64,000 nt of DNA, from positions 21,701 through 85,700 of the forward strand of contig PLYP01000005.1 of NCBI GenBank assembly GCA_003153395.1. Reading direction: 5' to 3'. The stretch is from Candidatus Saccharimonadota bacterium. Its GTDB lineage: Bacteria > Patescibacteriota > Saccharimonadia > Saccharimonadales > UBA4665. The notes under the pieces are model-generated. The model ran no database searches. It was not told the origin of the DNA and saw only the letters and a program-made list of their open reading frames with translations. The translations under genes were made by a program, and so were the position numbers. Positions within the stretch are counted from its first letter, which is position 1. The number at the start of each line of letters is the position of its first letter. Of this stretch, positions 18,748 through 27,669 are shown in pieces.

Positions 18748-19416
18748 GTGATGATCTACCGCAACCGCCAACAGGCAGGCAAAGAACTGGCTAAAGCGCT
18801 CATACGCTATAAGGGAGAAGCCGCCGTTGTACTGGCCTTGCCTCGCGGCGGAATAGTCTTAGGTGCAGAGGTTGCGAAAAGTCTTCGAGTACCACTGGGT
18901 CTCGTCTTAGTCCGCAAGATCGGACACCCATCGTATGCCGAATATGCAGTCGGTGCTATAGCTGAGGATGAAACACCGATTTACAATCAGTCTGAAATCG
19001 CTAATATCGACAAAACCTGGCTTAAGCATGCAGAGACAGCTGCCAGAGAACTTATTGTGCGGCGACGGGAACAGTACTATGGGAAAGACTTCGTAGCACC
19101 CAGTTTGTTAAACAAGACCGCGATCATTGTCGATGACGGTATTGCTACCGGACTAACTATGCAGGCTGCAGTGAAGGCTGTCAGAAACAAGCATTCCAAA
19201 CAAGTGATAGTGGCCGTACCAGTTGCCTCTCAGGAAAGTGTCGACGCGTTAAAAGATAGTGTTGATCAGCTCATAGTACTAGACAATCCTGAAAACTTTT
19301 TAGGCGCCGTCGGCGCTCACTACCAGGAATTTGATCAAGTTAACGATGAAGTAGTGGGAAGACTGCTTCGGGAGGTACATGATGACATGCTCCAAAACAC
19401 TGCCACGCATCGATAA
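18748..19416 (+). CDS. Phosphoribosyltransferase-family protein (Rv0571c/Rv2030c N-domain-like)
   Basis: YRNRQQAG, VLALPRGG, VRKIG, IIVDDGIATGLT, VAVPV, AVGAHY. Confidence 0.9.
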   Translation: MMIYRNRQQAGKELAKALIRYKGEAAVVLALPRGGIVLGAEVAKSLRVPLGLVLVRKIGHPSYAEYAVGAIAEDETPIYNQSEIANIDKTWLKHAETAARELIVRRREQYYGKDFVAPSLLNKTAIIVDDGIATGLTMQAAVKAVRNKHSKQVIVAVPVASQESVDALKDSVDQLIVLDNPENFLGAVGAHYQEFDQVNDEVVGRLLREVHDDMLQNTATHR

Positions 19417-19501
19417 TATACTCTGGCTCAGGAAGTTAGCCAGCCATACCCTTTGTATCTATTAAATTCTGGTGACCATTGTGTATTAGTACCTGACTTT
19501 G

Positions 19502-20626
19502 CTAAAAATTCATTGACGGGCTTAATTGGTGGACAATTGCAGTTAGTCTGCTGATTTTGCAGTTTAGCCCGCTATCATTGAGACTTTTGACGCTCGATGG
19601 ACTGTATATAAGCCACCCGAACATCTCTGCTCTATCCTCTTCGATTGCATACGTGGCGTATTGTGAAATAAATCCAGGTTGAGGGTGAAATGCCCCATTG
19701 TAGCCTCCCCCGTATGCCGATGCCCCGCCGTTACCATAATTAAATCCAGCCGTATTGCATGACGACCATTGGCTATCGGCATAATTATATGAACCCTGCA
19801 TTCTGTAGTCTAGGTAGTGCCAATACTCATGGCTAACAACTTCCCTTGCATAGGCGCTGCCGGCATTTGTCATCATATTTACGTCATATAACATGCCTGT
19901 AATGCTAGGCGCTGGTGCGGCCGCCCGGGCACCTCCTGAGACTTTCAAGTTTGTTACTAGACCAATTGTTTTAAGCCCGGAATTCACAACTAGACTAGTG
20001 GGGTACTTACTAAATTCTTGCGTTAAATACGTGCTAAACTGTTGCAAATTATTAATATCACTGCTAGTTAGAGTGGACCATGTCGAATATGTATAAGCAT
20101 TATTGTTAGGAGTTAGCGTAGCCGTTACGCCATATGGCTGTAGGCGTTGATTAATCGTTGCCACTATTTCGCTGAGTGACTGTTGCGGTGCGGTAGACTG
20201 TGCAACAGGTTTTGGTGCTGCCGAAGGAGTTGTTGACGTTTTTGGTGCTATAGCGATAGATTGGGGCGTTGGTTTGCTGACAGACTGAGCAGTATGCTTT
20301 AATTTTGCTGTAGAAGCTCTCTTAGCAATTGGGGTACTAGTTGTTTGATGGTGCTGATTAAGATGAATATTGAAAGATGCAGCTAAGACACCTAGTAAAC
20401 AAACTAGTGCTACGAGAAGCGCTGTAATGCTTGTTAGCTTTTTAGGTAATCGCATTCCGACTAGCCGACTTCCGGATTTATTGTGCGGAATTACACGAAC
20501 ACCTGAATGATGTGTATACACGGGTTTATCTGGCGTGCCAGATATGTTAACAGCTCCGCAATGTGGGCATACGATAAAACCTGTCTTGTCAGATAGTAAT
20601 TGTTGATTGCATGAAAAGCATGTCAT
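19502..20626 (-). CDS. Membrane-anchored zinc metallopeptidase-like protein with N-terminal Zn-ribbon
   Basis: CxxC...CPHCG, one TM, Pro/Thr linker, HEYWH, FISQYA...EEDRAEMF. Confidence 0.75.
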   Translation of the reverse strand: MTCFSCNQQLLSDKTGFIVCPHCGAVNISGTPDKPVYTHHSGVRVIPHNKSGSRLVGMRLPKKLTSITALLVALVCLLGVLAASFNIHLNQHHQTTSTPIAKRASTAKLKHTAQSVSKPTPQSIAIAPKTSTTPSAAPKPVAQSTAPQQSLSEIVATINQRLQPYGVTATLTPNNNAYTYSTWSTLTSSDINNLQQFSTYLTQEFSKYPTSLVVNSGLKTIGLVTNLKVSGGARAAAPAPSITGMLYDVNMMTNAGSAYAREVVSHEYWHYLDYRMQGSYNYADSQWSSCNTAGFNYGNGGASAYGGGYNGAFHPQPGFISQYATYAIEEDRAEMFGWLIYSPSSVKSLNDSGLNCKISRLTAIVHQLSPSMNF

Positions 20627-20719
20627 TTTGTTTTAGGCCATTTATTAACAATATAACACTTAAGGGTATAGTTACGCTAAGTATTCGATGACCACGTTCT
20701 GTTATACTTACGCCCTAGA

Positions 20720-22291
20720 ATGATGCAAGTAACTATTGTGAAGAGCTGGCTAAGTCAGGTTAGGCATCACACTAGGTTGTTATTCATACTACTGGGATCT
20801 GCTTTTATAAGTGTTTGGACTTTGCTTCGTTTCTTTAATAGCACTTCTACTTATGATTTAACAACGCAGCAAGTGCTCGCGCATTCTTGGCTTCACGGCT
20901 ACGCGGCACCTATTAGTCTTGGCCCCACCAACTATCTATTAAAGATTTTCCTGATATATATGCCAGCCGACTTATTGCCTGGGTCTCCGCGTCTAAAATT
21001 AATACTTCTGACAATCTTGATCAATGTTGCAACGTACATATTATTGTTCATTGTTTTACAGAAAATCCTAGCTGAATTCAAGATTGAAGTTAGCAGTGCT
21101 TTCTATAGTGCCATGCTATGGTTATCCATTGTTGCAGGTTCGGTTTTTTGGATAGAGTTCGCAAATTCCAGAAACTTAGAGGTGGCCGGAGGCATGTTTT
21201 TAGTTTTATATAGTTTACGCGTATTAAGAGAACCGACTAAACGGAATACTGTTGGCTTAACATTACTAGCAACATTACTATTTTTTGCTGACACCTTGCA
21301 GGTATATATGGTGGCGTTACCTATTTTGGTTTACGCTTTGCTGCTTGCACTCTTTAAAAAAACGTCATGGAAGCGGATTACAACTATATTTGTTATTTTT
21401 AGTTGTGGAGTTATAGCAGCCCTTATTTTAACTTTTATCGCTAGGCATGTCTTAGATATTACTATTAGTAAAGCCGGGGCGGGTACCGTTCCGCAGGATG
21501 TCTCACAAATATCCCGAGCTGCCCAAGCAGCCATCAGGTCTACAGTGCGCCAGTTAAGTGGTGGCATAGACGCTGGCAAACCAAGGGAAGTAGTAAATTT
21601 GCTATTTATAGTACTAGGAGTAATAAGTTTTACCCTAGGAATTCTGAGGCGCAAAGTTGCACTTCGTTTTGGTCTATTTGTAGTTATCTTTTTAATCGTT
21701 GATGAATTGGTTTACATTTTTAGCGGCACAGCCTTACAGAGTGATACATCTCGTTATCTTGTCATGCTCGCACCTGTTATAGTTCTGGCATTAGCATCGC
21801 TGAGCTATTTATTTGAGCAATCCATAGTACCCAAACTAGTCGTAATAGGATTCATACTATTCAATGCATTTTTACTCAGCCATGCATTGATTCAGTCGTG
21901 GGACACAAGCTTTCCTAAAGACAGACATTTAGGTAGTGTCATGCGTTATTTGAATAATCATAATTACGCCTATGCTTTCAGCAGCATGGATAGCGCTACG
22001 CCACTAGCTTATTATGGTGGCGTTAAACACACTTTACTGCTGCCAGTTGCTTGTGGTGGCGGTAAACTGGTCCACGCCTATGCATTTAGGGACACTCATA
22101 TCGCCGTCGATAGTAACCCGTCTAAACTAGTACCAGTGATTTTAGATGGCCAAGCAATAATTAATGCGCCTAGTGTATGCACAGAACAGCCAATCGTCAA
22201 TCAGTTAGGTAAACCGGCAACAACTGAAACAACGGACGACGGCAGTAGCGTGCTTCTTTTTAGTAGTACTAGACTTTTAGGTCTCAAGTAA
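20720..22291 (+). CDS. Polytopic membrane protein (GT-C/ArnT-like architecture)
   Basis: More than ten TM segments, SRYL motif, soluble C-terminal domain. Confidence 0.6.
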   Translation: MMQVTIVKSWLSQVRHHTRLLFILLGSAFISVWTLLRFFNSTSTYDLTTQQVLAHSWLHGYAAPISLGPTNYLLKIFLIYMPADLLPGSPRLKLILLTILINVATYILLFIVLQKILAEFKIEVSSAFYSAMLWLSIVAGSVFWIEFANSRNLEVAGGMFLVLYSLRVLREPTKRNTVGLTLLATLLFFADTLQVYMVALPILVYALLLALFKKTSWKRITTIFVIFSCGVIAALILTFIARHVLDITISKAGAGTVPQDVSQISRAAQAAIRSTVRQLSGGIDAGKPREVVNLLFIVLGVISFTLGILRRKVALRFGLFVVIFLIVDELVYIFSGTALQSDTSRYLVMLAPVIVLALASLSYLFEQSIVPKLVVIGFILFNAFLLSHALIQSWDTSFPKDRHLGSVMRYLNNHNYAYAFSSMDSATPLAYYGGVKHTLLLPVACGGGKLVHAYAFRDTHIAVDSNPSKLVPVILDGQAIINAPSVCTEQPIVNQLGKPATTETTDDGSSVLLFSSTRLLGLK

Positions 22292-22390
22292 GTGTGCTCA
22301 GAAGCAAGACAGATCAAATATGATACTTTATATATGTTGTAAGATTTTCGTATTTTGCATATGCTTTATAACATTAATAATAATGACTAT

Positions 22391-22996
22391 CTAATGTTTT
22401 AAGCTTGAATTAACGCTTCTAGCAAAATGCTTAATAATAGCTACATAGCTACTAGGATATTCCCAAATATTGTCATGCGATCCCGGCATACTTACAAATG
22501 ACCAATTATATCTATGTAACTTGCTGATTGAATTTTTAATATCCGGCCAGGGGTCTTTTTTATTGACTATAAATACTACTGTGGCGTCAGAGTATTTTTT
22601 AATTTGTGGAATATTTTTAGCATCTCGCATTATCTTGATGTTTCGTTTTGGCTGAGTGATACCGTAAAAAGCAGCGTAGAAACCTATATTTATTACTTTT
22701 AATATATGCTTATTGCGTATAAATTCTTTGTAATTTTCTTTACCAGCAATTTTAAAAGTTTGCCACGGATTGTTTTGGGAAAGTGGCATACCGATAAATA
22801 ATATAAGACCGGCTGAAGTGGATTCTGGAATCATAAAACAACCAGCCGAATGCGCGATAATAATATTTGCACTATTCAAATTTTTTGACTCAATATATCC
22901 GGCTTTAGTCAGCATTTTTCTAAAGTGTCTACTATTACCCCGTCCTCCAAGAAACCCATAGCTGAAGCTATAGGTTAGAGGGGTAGCATGTTTCAT
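22391..22996 (-). CDS. Hypothetical protein, alpha/beta hydrolase-like
   Basis: GFLGG, AHSAG, DPW, PGSHD suggest a Ser-Asp-His triad. Confidence 0.55.
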   Translation of the reverse strand: MKHATPLTYSFSYGFLGGRGNSRHFRKMLTKAGYIESKNLNSANIIIAHSAGCFMIPESTSAGLILFIGMPLSQNNPWQTFKIAGKENYKEFIRNKHILKVINIGFYAAFYGITQPKRNIKIMRDAKNIPQIKKYSDATVVFIVNKKDPWPDIKNSISKLHRYNWSFVSMPGSHDNIWEYPSSYVAIIKHFARSVNSSLKH

Positions 22997-23164
22997 AATT
23001 AAATATAATGAAGCATATTCTAACTGTCTGCAAATAATGAGACTCTGATTTCTGTTCTACTTTCAATCTTTGCTTAATCTGGTAATTATTTGTTAAAATT
23101 AGCTGGTACCCCCGAAAACAAAAAAACAGTAATAAAGTCCTGCTCGGCTACTGAGCTGTCAAAA

Positions 23165-24193
23165 ATGAAAATTCATTTAACTAAAAAGATATTATTATCT
23201 TATTTACACAATTTGCTTGTTGCCTTTTTTATATGTTTATCTTTAATTGTTTTAACTCTAATTGGACAGTCTACCTCAAAAGTAGCTAAGAGAAATGTTC
23301 ATGTAACAGTTAAACTAAGTCATTCAACTACTTCTAAAAAGAGTACTAAGCCCGTTAACGCGACTCCACCCACAGTAATAGCGAAATCGGTGCCCGCTCC
23401 AGTAAAAGCCGTTGCTCCTACACCCGTTCCAAGTAAGGTTATAACCCAAAAACCTGCTCCTGTAGTTGTGCCTTCGCCAGGCAGCAATGTTAGCAGTTTA
23501 ACCCCTTCGCCTTCTACGCCACCAGCTAATCCTAATAGCGGTCAGGGTAATTCAAATCCGGCACCGCAAACAAGTTATACATCAACTAATTGGTCAGGTT
23601 ATATGTCCAGTAATGCGGTATATACTGGAGTTTCGGCTTCATGGACTACGCCGCATGTTAGTGGAAACGGCTCTACTACTAGCGCTGATGCATCATGGAT
23701 AGGCATTGGCGGTGTTACAACAAATGATCTTATACAGGTGGGCACCGACAATATAGTTTCGGCTAGCGGGCAAGTATCTACTTCAGCCTTTTATGAATTA
23801 TTGCCTGATGCTTCAATTAATATCCCAAGCATGAGCGTTAGTCAGGGTGACTCTATGTCCGCAACACTGAATGAAATATCGTCAGGTCAATGGAATATAT
23901 ATATTATAGATAATACCTCTGGTCAGTCATTTACAGTTTCAGTACCATACGCATCAACTCATTCATCCGTTGAATGGATCGAGGAGGATCCCAGTTACTC
24001 CAGGTCTACACAAATACCGTTTGATACATATGGAAGTGTATTGTTTGCAAATGGATCCACTAAAGCAAATGGAAGTAATACCAATATTTCTACCAGTAAT
24101 ACTCAAGAAATAACTATGGTCAATGGTTCAGGTAATCCAATATCTACGCCATCAGCAATTAATGGTAGCAGCTTCTCTGTAACACAAAATTAA
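23165..24193 (+). CDS. G1 family glutamic endopeptidase (eqolisin-like), membrane-anchored on a Pro-rich stalk
   Basis: STNWSGY, SWIGIGG, LIQVGT, SVEWIEE; start placed at MKIHL (23165). Confidence 0.85.
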   Translation: MKIHLTKKILLSYLHNLLVAFFICLSLIVLTLIGQSTSKVAKRNVHVTVKLSHSTTSKKSTKPVNATPPTVIAKSVPAPVKAVAPTPVPSKVITQKPAPVVVPSPGSNVSSLTPSPSTPPANPNSGQGNSNPAPQTSYTSTNWSGYMSSNAVYTGVSASWTTPHVSGNGSTTSADASWIGIGGVTTNDLIQVGTDNIVSASGQVSTSAFYELLPDASINIPSMSVSQGDSMSATLNEISSGQWNIYIIDNTSGQSFTVSVPYASTHSSVEWIEEDPSYSRSTQIPFDTYGSVLFANGSTKANGSNTNISTSNTQEITMVNGSGNPISTPSAINGSSFSVTQN

Positions 24194-24302
24194 ACTTTGA
24201 TTATATTATTTAGAAGGCTCACCTGCTTATTTCATAAAATCGGAAACTAGTTTAGCAACAATTGTAGAAGCTGTAGAGCTGCATCTCTCTCGTAAATTAT
24301 AG

Positions 24303-25346
24303 TTACCTATAATCGACTAATTCGCCTGGCCTGCTCTTCATCTTTGCCAGCGATTCTCTTATTATAATTCGGACATAACTCTCTGAAATTTCATGTCTTT
24401 CGGCGATTGTTTTTACTTTTTCGGGATCGCTATCCCCGATTCCAAAATAACTTACTACCACATCAATTTGCGTAGGGTTAAGCAATCTATGCATTAAATT
24501 CATAATTACCGAATAACGTTTTGCTTGTAAGTCTTCGTTCATTACCTGTTGTTCAACATTTACACGGGATGGATATACCGAGCCTAATGTATTGCCGCTA
24601 CCATCTGTGTCCCCTAGCGGCTTATCCAATGAAGCTAAGGCCTGACGCTTTGCCAATAATTCCTGCACTGTATCTTCAGTCATACCTGCGTAGTCTGCGA
24701 TTTCGGCAGTGCTGGGCTCTCTCCTCAGCTGTGCTTCTAATTCAGAGATTTTATTGTTTAATTTTCTAATCTTTTCTTCCGTGTATACGGAATTGCGCAT
24801 TGTTCGATCTTTATTAGCTAAACCCCTTTGAATAGCCTGTTTAATCCAAGGTGTTGCGTACGTAGAGAACTTAAATCCTTTTCTATAATCAAATTTTTCC
24901 GTTGCTCTAATTAAGCCTAAACACCCTTCTTGAGCCATATCCGTTAGGGTAAAACTTTGGCCATGGTAATTTTTAGCGATCGAAACGACTAATCTTAGAT
25001 TAGATTCAATCATTTTAAGCTTAGCGTCAAAGTCACCGGTCTCAATTCGTTTCGCTAAGTCAAGTTCTTCAGCGCCAGTTAATAACGGTATTTTTCCTAT
25101 ATTATTCAGAAATACCTGCATCCCTTCTACTGTCGCTGTATCTTCAGGAACTAGGCTTTGTGCTAACAGATTTGCTCTTTCAGCTTCTATTGGATCAACA
25201 TGACCGATGCCTGGGCCTCCAAATTGAAATCCCGGCGACTGAAGTTCGTGAAGTTCCACTGCTGCCGGATCTAAAGGAACATCAGGAATTAGTAGCACTT
25301 CTAGTGTATCTGTTTCGGGCTGAGTATGTCTTAAGCTATCTATCAT
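24303..25346 (-). CDS. RNA polymerase sigma-70 factor, RpoD/SigA family (alternative)
   Basis: IGKIPLLT, SNLRLVVSIAK, GLIRATEKFDYRKGFKFSTYA, REPS, SLDKP; divergent region 4. Confidence 0.9.
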   Translation of the reverse strand: MIDSLRHTQPETDTLEVLLIPDVPLDPAAVELHELQSPGFQFGGPGIGHVDPIEAERANLLAQSLVPEDTATVEGMQVFLNNIGKIPLLTGAEELDLAKRIETGDFDAKLKMIESNLRLVVSIAKNYHGQSFTLTDMAQEGCLGLIRATEKFDYRKGFKFSTYATPWIKQAIQRGLANKDRTMRNSVYTEEKIRKLNNKISELEAQLRREPSTAEIADYAGMTEDTVQELLAKRQALASLDKPLGDTDGSGNTLGSVYPSRVNVEQQVMNEDLQAKRYSVIMNLMHRLLNPTQIDVVVSYFGIGDSDPEKVKTIAERHEISESYVRIIIRESLAKMKSRPGELVDYR

Positions 25347-25387
25347 AGGTATGTGAAATTATTTAAATATTATATAAGCTTTTATAT

Positions 25388-26566
25388 TTACTTTTCTATA
25401 AACGGAATATAACCGGCATCATATAAATCGTCAGTTAATCGACTTGTCACTTCGACTGATGGGTTGTTTTTAAATACGCAGGCAATGAAAAACGCCAGTC
25501 GATCAGTAGGAAGCTGCGTTAAATCAAATTCAGTCCAGTTTACTTCTCTCATTACTCCAGAAGTAAATATATGCCTACGAACTTCGTTCTCATAATTTTT
25601 AGCCGCTTTTCTTGATGGCTTTAGAATAGAAGTACTACTAATTGGCACGCCATCCACTACAGATCTAGCATTATGCAAAAGATCAACTATAAATTTATGA
25701 GCTCCGGAAATTATTGTATCTACAGTTGCTTCATCTAGCTTTGGATCCACGTCTTTGGTTATTTCACTACATTCTTCTTCGAATTCAACTACTTCATTCA
25801 GAAAATGATGCATATTTCTGCGCTTAGCACTAGATGCTATGGACTGCAATTTGGATAACTGAGATTCTAATTCTATTTTTAGTTCAGATGAAAAAGAACT
25901 AGTTGATTGAGGGTCGAATTTTTTAATAAAATCATTAAGTATTCTATGAATAACATTCGAGACATCTTGATCGGGTATATTAACATCCGGAGGAATTTTA
26001 TCTTTTACTTCTTCGAATAATCCAACAAATTCTTCTGCAATAGCTGCGGTTGCATCTATATCACCGGATTGAGCGCGTAAAATTTGCTTAATTTGCTGTT
26101 TAGACAATTCTTCTTTTTGATTGGTTGAGCCTGATACATAGAAATTAAGTTCTTGGCCTCTTAAAAGCTTTAAATATTTTGTCTCTAGTATCTTAAATGT
26201 ATTTTCTTCACCACCTTCTTCAATTTTATCAAACCCTTCATCTACAGAAGCTAATAATTTTGCAGGTTTTATACCTAGTTCTTCGGCAAGTTCTACCGTA
26301 TTAATATCAATACTTTCCGAAAGCAAAGTAAGTGTCAGCAGATGTGCAGTGTGTGTTTCCGGATTTGTTTTTCTTCCTGCTAATATTTTTAGATAGGTAC
26401 CGGGAGTTCCTGTTAAAGTTGCTGCAATAAAGGCAGCGTCGATTGCTTCATTTAACGGTAATTCGAAAGATTCACCGCAAACATTCACAGCAACAAGTCG
26501 TTCCGGATCCAAATCTAATTCTGGAACAGTATCGATCGAAGTCGGTGAGAATTCTTTACCTGGCAT
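25388..26566 (-). CDS. Hypothetical protein with degenerate sigma-like segments
   Basis: TVELAEELGI HTH-like stretch; RAQSGDIDA...KKFDP...FSS resembles sigma region 2. Confidence 0.55.
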   Translation of the reverse strand: MPGKEFSPTSIDTVPELDLDPERLVAVNVCGESFELPLNEAIDAAFIAATLTGTPGTYLKILAGRKTNPETHTAHLLTLTLLSESIDINTVELAEELGIKPAKLLASVDEGFDKIEEGGEENTFKILETKYLKLLRGQELNFYVSGSTNQKEELSKQQIKQILRAQSGDIDATAAIAEEFVGLFEEVKDKIPPDVNIPDQDVSNVIHRILNDFIKKFDPQSTSSFSSELKIELESQLSKLQSIASSAKRRNMHHFLNEVVEFEEECSEITKDVDPKLDEATVDTIISGAHKFIVDLLHNARSVVDGVPISSTSILKPSRKAAKNYENEVRRHIFTSGVMREVNWTEFDLTQLPTDRLAFFIACVFKNNPSVEVTSRLTDDLYDAGYIPFIEK

Positions 26567-26608
26567 AATTAGTTATATTATATCATACTCATCTATTTTT
26601 ATCAAGTT

Positions 26609-26752
26609 TCAATTACGGTTTTTTTCTGCTTCTGGAGTAGTGGGATCAACTTCACCCCTACGCGTAATATCGACTTCTCCACCAAATATTTTTTTATAAA
26701 AATTTATTGCCTCTTCTGTATTAACTACCTGAAATAGTACATCAATCTACAT
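26609..26752 (-). pseudogene. Remnant of a PhnB/VOC glyoxalase-like gene
   Basis: M*IDVLFQVVNTEEAINFYKKIFGGEVDITRRGEVDPTTPEAEKNRN*; stop at codon 2 and truncated. Confidence 0.65.
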
Positions 26753-26763
26753 AAATATTTTAA

Positions 26764-27570
26764 TTAACGTTTTAAATCTTTTGAGCGGATAGCGGGCCTA
26801 AATCCGGAATGCGGATTCTGGCTTGCAGGTCCTAGCTTTGCGCTGTTTAGATGGAGAGCTGCCCTCTTCGAGCTCCAATGTCCTACTAATACGCTTTTTG
26901 TTAAGGGGCTTTGATACTTTGGATCCACTGTACGTTCTTTAAGGTTAGTCCTAACTAGGCCAGACTTTGACGAATCAACTGGCTGTAAATTCATAGCTAA
27001 ATTTCGCGCTTGTAAAACAGCATAAGTTGCGAAACTAGGACTGGCTATTGCTACTAATACTTCAGTAGTTAATTCCTCTAATCCTTCGCTATTGCCAATT
27101 ATAAGTTTTCTAGCCTGTCTTATATACTCTTTTGCGTTCTTACCGGAGAAACCATCGTTGCCAACATTTCTAAAAACGGGTTCATTTCTGCCGCTAATGA
27201 CTGCTATATCCCAACCAGGAACTACGCCTGTTACAGTCGAAGCCTCGTTGGCTCTAGTAAATGATTGTGTTGGATCGGTGTTTCGCGCCCAGTATCTATC
27301 GACTTTACCTGAAATCCCACTTGCTGTTGATCCATCCGGCAGTGTTCTACCGCCAATTAGATAATCACCGTCTTCTAGTGAAAGATCCTCAGGAACAAAT
27401 GTTACTACTGGTGACCAATCCTTTTTCTGCATCCTTTCATACGTTGGTTTTAGTAGCGCAATAGCACCGGCAAATAGACCAAATTCAGGTAAATCTCTTT
27501 GAAGTCTGCCTTCTTGCTGCAGTGACTGCATTACCTCATATTCTCGACTAGCGGTTTTCTCTATTTTCAA
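26764..27570 (-). CDS. Hypothetical protein
   Basis: 268-aa ORF with no confident motif. Confidence 0.6.
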   Translation of the reverse strand: MKIEKTASREYEVMQSLQQEGRLQRDLPEFGLFAGAIALLKPTYERMQKKDWSPVVTFVPEDLSLEDGDYLIGGRTLPDGSTASGISGKVDRYWARNTDPTQSFTRANEASTVTGVVPGWDIAVISGRNEPVFRNVGNDGFSGKNAKEYIRQARKLIIGNSEGLEELTTEVLVAIASPSFATYAVLQARNLAMNLQPVDSSKSGLVRTNLKERTVDPKYQSPLTKSVLVGHWSSKRAALHLNSAKLGPASQNPHSGFRPAIRSKDLKR

Positions 27571-27669
27571 TTTACAGCTCCGTTATAAATCTCTGAAATA
27601 TACGTTATATATTTTAGCATATATTAATACTTTTTGCAACTTGTCTTTATGGCTTCTAGGAACAAACAA

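Larger units (their letters stand above)
9828..22304. mobile_element. tRNA-Gln-anchored accessory island or cassette array (right boundary approximate; no integrase seen)
   Basis: Begins at the tRNA 3' end. It is visibly more GC-rich than the flanks, holds unrelated accessory genes with strong SD sites, and has degenerate tRNA-3'-end copies between genes. Confidence 0.6.

Noticed and set aside
20630..20639. GTTTTAGGCC resembling the first half of copies A and B
   Set aside because: The acceptor-stem half (CTCAG) is missing, so it is not counted as a copy.
9828..22304. Prophage, ICE or IS identity for the island
   Set aside because: No integrase, transposase, relaxase or structural genes are recognisable in the window.
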